A stretch of DNA of 64,000 bases from an uncultured Bdellovibrio sp. (GTDB lineage Bacteria; Bdellovibrionota; Bdellovibrionia; Bdellovibrionales; Bdellovibrionaceae). A program made the translations under genes and the position numbers. The notes under the pieces were generated by a model. It was not told the DNA's origin and made no database searches. It saw only the letters and a program-made list of their open reading frames with translations. Positions 58,809 to 64,000 of this stretch are shown here, piece after piece. Position 1 is the first letter of the stretch, and each line of letters starts with the position of its first letter. The stretch lies in assembly GCA_963932905.1 (NCBI GenBank), contig CAWVRN010000015.1, positions 35,595-99,594 of the forward strand, written 5' to 3'.

Positions 58809-59546
58809 ATGCAAAACAAACGATACGGAACCGACCGCGACAATCGTCGTTCATCATATCAACGTACAGACTCAAAAAATTACGCTGCCGAAGATAACAA
58901 AAGACGGTTTCAAGATCAGGACTATGACCGATATTTTCCTGAACAAAACTCCTATCATCCGCGCTCGCAACAACGCAATCAAAGTTATTCAGGGATGGAA
59001 AATGACTACAACACCACCGATTATGGTTCCCAACAAGAATACCCAAGCCAATGGAACGCAAATCGGTCTGACTACATTCATCAGTCAGAAGGACAAAATT
59101 CATACTATGGACAATCCCCTTACGACCAAAATTCTACTCAAAGTTGGTCGCAACCAGTACGAAATGATGAAGTCCCACAACAGTTTGGTCGCACACATTA
59201 TGGCAAAGGTCCGAAGGGTTTTAAACGTTCAGATGACCGAATTCGCGAAGAAGTTTCTGAAGCGCTTTTCCACGATCATGCTGTTGACGCCAGTGAAATC
59301 GAAGTCGCTGTGAACGACGGAGAGGTAACTTTGAAGGGAACTGTAAGTGAACGTCGCATGAAGCGACTAGCAGAAGATTGCGTAGAAAAAGTAGCCGGCG
59401 TAAAAGACGTACGAAATGAAATTCGCATACAAGCTTCACCTTTTGCCGATAGATCTGAAAAAACAGGAAGTTTACCTAATACCGACGATTCTTCTTCAGA
59501 TCGCTTTTCTCCAGAAGATAAATCAAAATCGAAAACTTCAAATTAG
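58809..59546 (+). CDS. BON-domain protein with Q/Y/N-rich N-terminus
   Basis: GKGPKGFKRSDDRIREEV..GEVTLKGTV..GVKDVRNEI. Confidence 0.88.
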   Translation: MQNKRYGTDRDNRRSSYQRTDSKNYAAEDNKRRFQDQDYDRYFPEQNSYHPRSQQRNQSYSGMENDYNTTDYGSQQEYPSQWNANRSDYIHQSEGQNSYYGQSPYDQNSTQSWSQPVRNDEVPQQFGRTHYGKGPKGFKRSDDRIREEVSEALFHDHAVDASEIEVAVNDGEVTLKGTVSERRMKRLAEDCVEKVAGVKDVRNEIRIQASPFADRSEKTGSLPNTDDSSSDRFSPEDKSKSKTSN

Positions 59547-59568
59547 TTGAATAATTAGCTATAAAAAG

Positions 59569-59593
59569 AAAAACCACCGCAGTGGTGGTTTTT
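59569..59593. terminator. Bidirectional terminator
   Basis: AAAAACCACC-GCAGT-GGTGGTTTTT between convergent genes. Confidence 0.75.
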
Positions 59594-59623
59594 CAACAAG
59601 GACAGATTTGAGTTTGAAAATGA

Positions 59624-59842
59624 CTATTTACGTGAAGCTTTCAATCTATAGTCAGAGCGAACCATTAAAATATAGGCGCCCGAAAGAAATAACGTAGCAA
59701 TTGAAACAAAGGCAATAAAGCTACTCCCACCGGTTAAGCTCACGTTGGCTTTCAAAGCAAGACTCACTAAACCAAGGACAAAAAAGAAATATGGTTTAAA
59801 TTCGTACGTCAACCAGTCGTTCTTGTGATTAATATGTTTCAA
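59624..59842 (-). CDS. Small two-TM membrane protein
   Basis: Two hydrophobic segments; likely TTG start; sigma54-like site at 59878-59893 (minus strand TGGTTTTGAACTTGCA). Confidence 0.6.
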   Translation of the reverse strand: MKHINHKNDWLTYEFKPYFFFVLGLVSLALKANVSLTGGSSFIAFVSIATLFLSGAYILMVRSDYRLKASRK

Positions 59843-59993
59843 GCTCAAACCCCTTTCATAGAAGTACAAAGAGGTAGTGCAAGTTCAAAACCATAGTGTA
59901 GATTTGAATACAGCATGAAGTCGAAGTTACGCTATATAGTTTTCTTACACATGGTAACTAGCAGTTCGACATTCAAAATGAAACATCTCAGAA

Positions 59994-60470
59994 TTAGACA
60001 ACGTCTACAATATCGTATTCAATGTCTTTGATCTCAATTGAATCATCCACAGATTTGCCCACCAATTGAGCCCCCATCGGACTCTCGGGCGTAATAACCT
60101 TTATAGCTATTCCCTGATATTGAATGCTTTGTCCACCGCCCTTAGGTAATAGCAGCACCCACAATGTTTTCCCGTTTGTCTCAAGTTGAATCAATGCCGA
60201 AATGGCAATTGGTTGACCTTTACTAAAATCGCGAAGCTTCATACTTTCAATCGCAATCTTCACGTCTTTTAAATCTAGAACTCGTTCGGATTGTGCACGA
60301 GCCAAATAAGAGGCTTCCAATCCACGAGTATCGTATTTATTTTCTGGTTTATTTTCCTCGTGGGTGGCAACGTCCAATGTAACCTGAACGGCTTCGACAG
60401 CGAGTTGCAATTGTCGATCAATTTCGTCTCTTAACTTTTTAAAAAGCTCGATTTTATTTATCACACCCAC
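59994..60470 (-). CDS. GreA/GreB-family protein
   Basis: ENKYDTRGLEASYLA, VITPESPMG. Confidence 0.85.
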   Translation of the reverse strand: MGVINKIELFKKLRDEIDRQLQLAVEAVQVTLDVATHEENKPENKYDTRGLEASYLARAQSERVLDLKDVKIAIESMKLRDFSKGQPIAISALIQLETNGKTLWVLLLPKGGGQSIQYQGIAIKVITPESPMGAQLVGKSVDDSIEIKDIEYDIVDVV

Positions 60471-60473
60471 AGC

Positions 60474-61226
60474 CTAACCTAAGCGCGCATCGTAGACACG
60501 GTTTTTCGGTCTGCGGTACGAAGTACTTCGGGGGTTATCATAGGCCTCTTGAACAAACTGAATCTGTGTTTCTACCAATTTATTGAACACTTCTAGCAAG
60601 TTGTCATGCTTTCTATCTTGTATTGGAAATCCCACTTTATCGCCTAGTAACTCGATGGTGTGATGAACAGCTTCAATTGTAGAATAGCATTCTGGCTTAG
60701 GTTGCTTACGAACACGAAATTGCGATGGCGCGGGCGGAGTAAAACAGATGCGTGGCAAATGACTTAGATTCGAACTTTGACGAACCATCTTTCCCGCCGT
60801 GGCCCAAGTTCCATCGATCACGAAAATAACCGGAGTTTTATTCGGCAAAAAAATGCGATTAGCCGTAGGTGATTGCAAGTCAGGGTCGACTGTCAAATTC
60901 ACTGAATTTCGCCCGGGATACAAAATCACAGATGAATAATTAGGATTATCAATAATATCATTCACGCGTTGATTGTTAGAATAATCTTGCCCTGCAATTA
61001 ATTCAGAATTGATAAGGCACTGATGAGTCATGCGACCGGTGGCAATTCTGCGGCGCTCTTCCACTGGGTGAATTAGAATAACAAATTTAATTTTAGGATC
61101 GAACATTTTGATCGTTGAGCAATAACAACCTACCGTTGGTTGACGGCACTCCCAACACAACTCACGATATTTGCGGGCAGTTTTTTCTTGCTCTTTTCGG
61201 CGCTGACGATAAGTCTGAATATCCAT
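60474..61226 (-). CDS. DTW-domain tRNA-uridine aminocarboxypropyltransferase (TapT-like)
   Basis: CWEC..CYC, ILIHPVE, IDGTWATA, STIEA. Confidence 0.88.
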   Translation of the reverse strand: MDIQTYRQRRKEQEKTARKYRELCWECRQPTVGCYCSTIKMFDPKIKFVILIHPVEERRRIATGRMTHQCLINSELIAGQDYSNNQRVNDIIDNPNYSSVILYPGRNSVNLTVDPDLQSPTANRIFLPNKTPVIFVIDGTWATAGKMVRQSSNLSHLPRICFTPPAPSQFRVRKQPKPECYSTIEAVHHTIELLGDKVGFPIQDRKHDNLLEVFNKLVETQIQFVQEAYDNPRSTSYRRPKNRVYDARLG

Positions 61227-61389
61227 AGAGAAAAGTCTAACAGCTGGGCCTCTATATTCAATTCCACGTGGACTTAAGTCTAACACCCTAGGGACAATTT
61301 TTGACTCTAGAGGCATTAAAACCGATTCCGCGCGTGCAACCCACATATAGAACATTAGAACCGGTATTTATTTTGCTCTTATTAACTGT

Positions 61390-62058
61390 ATGAAGCGATG
61401 CCTTTTATTCTTTCTATTTATAGTGTCCTCGTCGTGGTCTAAATCTGTTCTGATCATTGGCGATTCCCATGTCTGTGGATCAATGGGAAAAACGTTGTTC
61501 GATTCCTATCTACGCAAAGATTTTCAAGTGTCGTTATACTGCGGAGTCTCTAGCCATCCATATCATTGGGTTCATGCCGAAGCTCCTAAAGGTTTCATCT
61601 GCCAATCCCGCGCCGGCGAAGGAACTAAACTTTCTAAATGTTCAGAGGGTGGTGATTACATTCCTCTAAAATCTATTTTATCACAAGGCCCATGGAGCAA
61701 AGTCATTGCGATCATGGGCACGAATTCATTAAATAATTCTGTCGCAGATGAAAACTACAAAGAGCTTTCTAAAGACCTGCAAGCCGTCACCGAAAAATGT
61801 TTTTGGGTAAGTCCACCGAATTTGCGCGTCGATCAAGCCAAAACAAAGAAAAATGGCATAGCGAAACTTCAAAAAAATCAGGACATATTTTTTGAGTCAC
61901 TAACGACGACCGTAGCAAAAAATTGCACTCTACTGGATAGTAGAAAATACACTCCATTTGGATCACCCGGCGCCGAAACATCCGACGGCATCCATCGCAC
62001 AAACAGTGCTGGAGAATCTTGGGCTGCAAAAGTTTTTGAGGATATCGAAAACAATTAG
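61390..62058 (+). CDS. Secreted SGNH/GDSL hydrolase
   Basis: Signal peptide; IGDSH, MGTN, DGIH. Confidence 0.85.
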   Translation: MKRCLLFFLFIVSSSWSKSVLIIGDSHVCGSMGKTLFDSYLRKDFQVSLYCGVSSHPYHWVHAEAPKGFICQSRAGEGTKLSKCSEGGDYIPLKSILSQGPWSKVIAIMGTNSLNNSVADENYKELSKDLQAVTEKCFWVSPPNLRVDQAKTKKNGIAKLQKNQDIFFESLTTTVAKNCTLLDSRKYTPFGSPGAETSDGIHRTNSAGESWAAKVFEDIENN

Positions 62059-62062
62059 ATAA

Positions 62063-63814
62063 CTAAATTTGAAATTCTGCGCGAGCTTTCTTAAGCTCAT
62101 CAATAAGTTTTTCTTCCGACCAGCCAAGCTCACGAGCTAAAACCTTTCCTACCCGATCTAGAACACGCTTAGTTTCATTTTTGTCCATTGTAGCCATTCG
62201 CACACGACGAGCTAGCACATCCGTAATCGATCTTGCCGATTCCACATGAACGGCATAGTAAATTTCGGCCCAAATGAATGGCAACCCATCGGCCATACGT
62301 TGATGAGACAGCGGATAGGTATTTAAAAGATTTTTTGCTTCACCGGCATAAATACGATTCAGATAAATCGCAATATCGCTTGGAAGTTTATAATCGTTCA
62401 TCAGAATTTTATAATTCTCTGAGGACCAGTTTACTGATTCGGAAAGTTGCAATTGATCTGTTTTAGACGGTTCAATTTTAGGATCACGTCCAAGCTGAAC
62501 TAGCACTTGATCTATCGCATGCTCACCCATCACACGGTAAGTAGTCCATTTTCCACCAGTAAGAGTGATCAAACCTGATTTAGAATTTCTATTAATTACA
62601 TGATCACGAGCCAAGGCGGCCGTATCACTGGCGTTAGGATCGGAAACCAAGGGACGAATACCCGTCCAATATGACTTCACATCAGCGCGAGTAATAGGCT
62701 GACTTAAATACTGACCGACTTCCTTAATAAGGTAAGTGATATCTTCTTCTGTAGTTTTTGGTTTTTCAACTACCTCAGATTTACTATCTGTAGTGCCAAT
62801 CAACGTTTTGCCTTCCCAAGGAAGAACAAACAACACACGCCCATCCGATGTTTTTGGAATTAGAATTCCTGTGTCGGGTAAAGCAAACTGTTTATCTAAA
62901 ACTAAGTGAGTCCCACTAGCACCAGAGATCATCGCTGGAACAGACGGATCATCCATTTGACGAAGTTTATCCGCAAATGGTCCCGTCGCATTTAAAACAA
63001 TTTTTGATCTAACGGAATGAATTTCACCAGTAATCATATCTTTGATCTGTACACCGACGATTTTTTCGCCGTCTTTTTCAAAACCAACAACACGTGTATG
63101 ATTCAGCAAAATCGCACCTTTGGCAGTAGCCGTTTTAGCAAGGCCGATGGCCAACCTAGAATCATTAAACTGACCATCATAGTAGACAACTCCGCCTCTA
63201 AGGCCTTTGGAATTAATCTGAGGATATAGCTTTTTAATTTTATCGGCAGAAAGAAAATGACTATTTGGAAGTTTCCCTTTCTTGCCAGCAAATAAATCAT
63301 ACACTTTCAAACCCGCCCAGTAGTATGGAACTTCTGGCCAACTATAGATGGGAGTAAGCAAGGCCAATGGCTGCGCTAAATTGGGCGCATTCGCAATAAC
63401 GGTTTTACGTTCTTTCAAAGCGTCCCTAATTAAATTGTAAAGTGTTTGATCCCACTCACGCTGAGTTAAAAGTTTGGTCCATAATTGTTCTAGATAGCGA
63501 ACACCACCGTGAAGAAGTTTGGTCGATTTGCTAGAAGTCTCTGAAGCAAAATCATCAGCTTCAACAAGCAGTGTTTTTAGTCCGCGAGTTGTCGCATCTA
63601 ATGCCGACCCTAAGCCCGCACTTCCGCCACCAATTATAACGAGGTCATACTCTGATTGATCGAAATTTTTGAAATGCTCTTCACGGGAAATTTTAGGCTG
63701 AAGTTTTTTAAAATGATAGAAGTCCAAACAGCTGGTGTCGGCCATGGAAAATGACCAAATCAATGACAATCCAACTATAGCTTTCCACAACGTCCAAATG
63801 AAACCCGACTTCAT
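62063..63814 (-). CDS. glpD: FAD-dependent glycerol-3-phosphate dehydrogenase/oxidase
   Basis: IIGGGSAG, TSSKSTKLLHGGVRYL, YYDGQFND, GGKWTTYR; start uncertain (63814 or 63832). Confidence 0.92.
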   Translation of the reverse strand: MKSGFIWTLWKAIVGLSLIWSFSMADTSCLDFYHFKKLQPKISREEHFKNFDQSEYDLVIIGGGSAGLGSALDATTRGLKTLLVEADDFASETSSKSTKLLHGGVRYLEQLWTKLLTQREWDQTLYNLIRDALKERKTVIANAPNLAQPLALLTPIYSWPEVPYYWAGLKVYDLFAGKKGKLPNSHFLSADKIKKLYPQINSKGLRGGVVYYDGQFNDSRLAIGLAKTATAKGAILLNHTRVVGFEKDGEKIVGVQIKDMITGEIHSVRSKIVLNATGPFADKLRQMDDPSVPAMISGASGTHLVLDKQFALPDTGILIPKTSDGRVLFVLPWEGKTLIGTTDSKSEVVEKPKTTEEDITYLIKEVGQYLSQPITRADVKSYWTGIRPLVSDPNASDTAALARDHVINRNSKSGLITLTGGKWTTYRVMGEHAIDQVLVQLGRDPKIEPSKTDQLQLSESVNWSSENYKILMNDYKLPSDIAIYLNRIYAGEAKNLLNTYPLSHQRMADGLPFIWAEIYYAVHVESARSITDVLARRVRMATMDKNETKRVLDRVGKVLARELGWSEEKLIDELKKARAEFQI

Positions 63815-64000
63815 GGGATTTAGTCTATCCAAAACTTATGCCCGAATAAACAGGCTCCAACCGGAGCCTAACGCCAGCCATTTGTTTTATAAATCTATCA
63901 GTTGTCGTACTTTAAAACAGAGGCCGCAACTTTAGATTCCATCGGGGTTCTATTGCAATTTAGTGCAAGTGTTTGAACTCTGGTGAGGGAATGAACCGGG

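Noticed and set aside
58663..59313. 216-aa alternative-frame ORF
   Set aside because: It overlaps the BON gene in another frame and has no motif; treated as a shadow ORF, like the other short antisense ORFs in the track.

Overview
This looks like Bdellovibrionota (Pseudobdellovibrio/Bdellovibrio-like) chromosomal DNA. That is inferred from two TIGR02147-like paralogues, a stand-alone mglA after dnaX-ybaB-recR, and many sigma54-driven exported proteins. Bases 1-20.6 kb are accessory DNA at the 3' end of the tmRNA gene (ssrA, 20588-20940, minus strand), apparently as two tandem islands. The proximal ~13 kb element (about 7616-20587) encodes a large serine recombinase, a Rep_trans-like rolling-circle initiator next to a cluster of DNA hairpins, a short tyrosine recombinase, regulators, HEPN-like and M41-like genes, and an IetAS-type AAA-ATPase/S8-protease module with two extra coupled genes. 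Its distal boundary is a copy of the tmRNA 3' end whose T-loop is split by a 73-bp insert rich in GNA-triloop hairpins. The distal island runs off the left edge. It carries an SF1 helicase-nuclease and a DUF5343-like/Swt1-HEPN gene pair, the first gene disrupted by an IS481-family element. The remaining ~43 kb is mostly core or lifestyle genes (srkA, icd, msrA, ffs, dnaX, recR, mglA, nadA, glpD, many secreted proteins). It also holds an unannotated sigma54-driven small RNA candidate with three C6 tracts and a structured icd leader. All family names come from motif recognition by eye; no searches were run.
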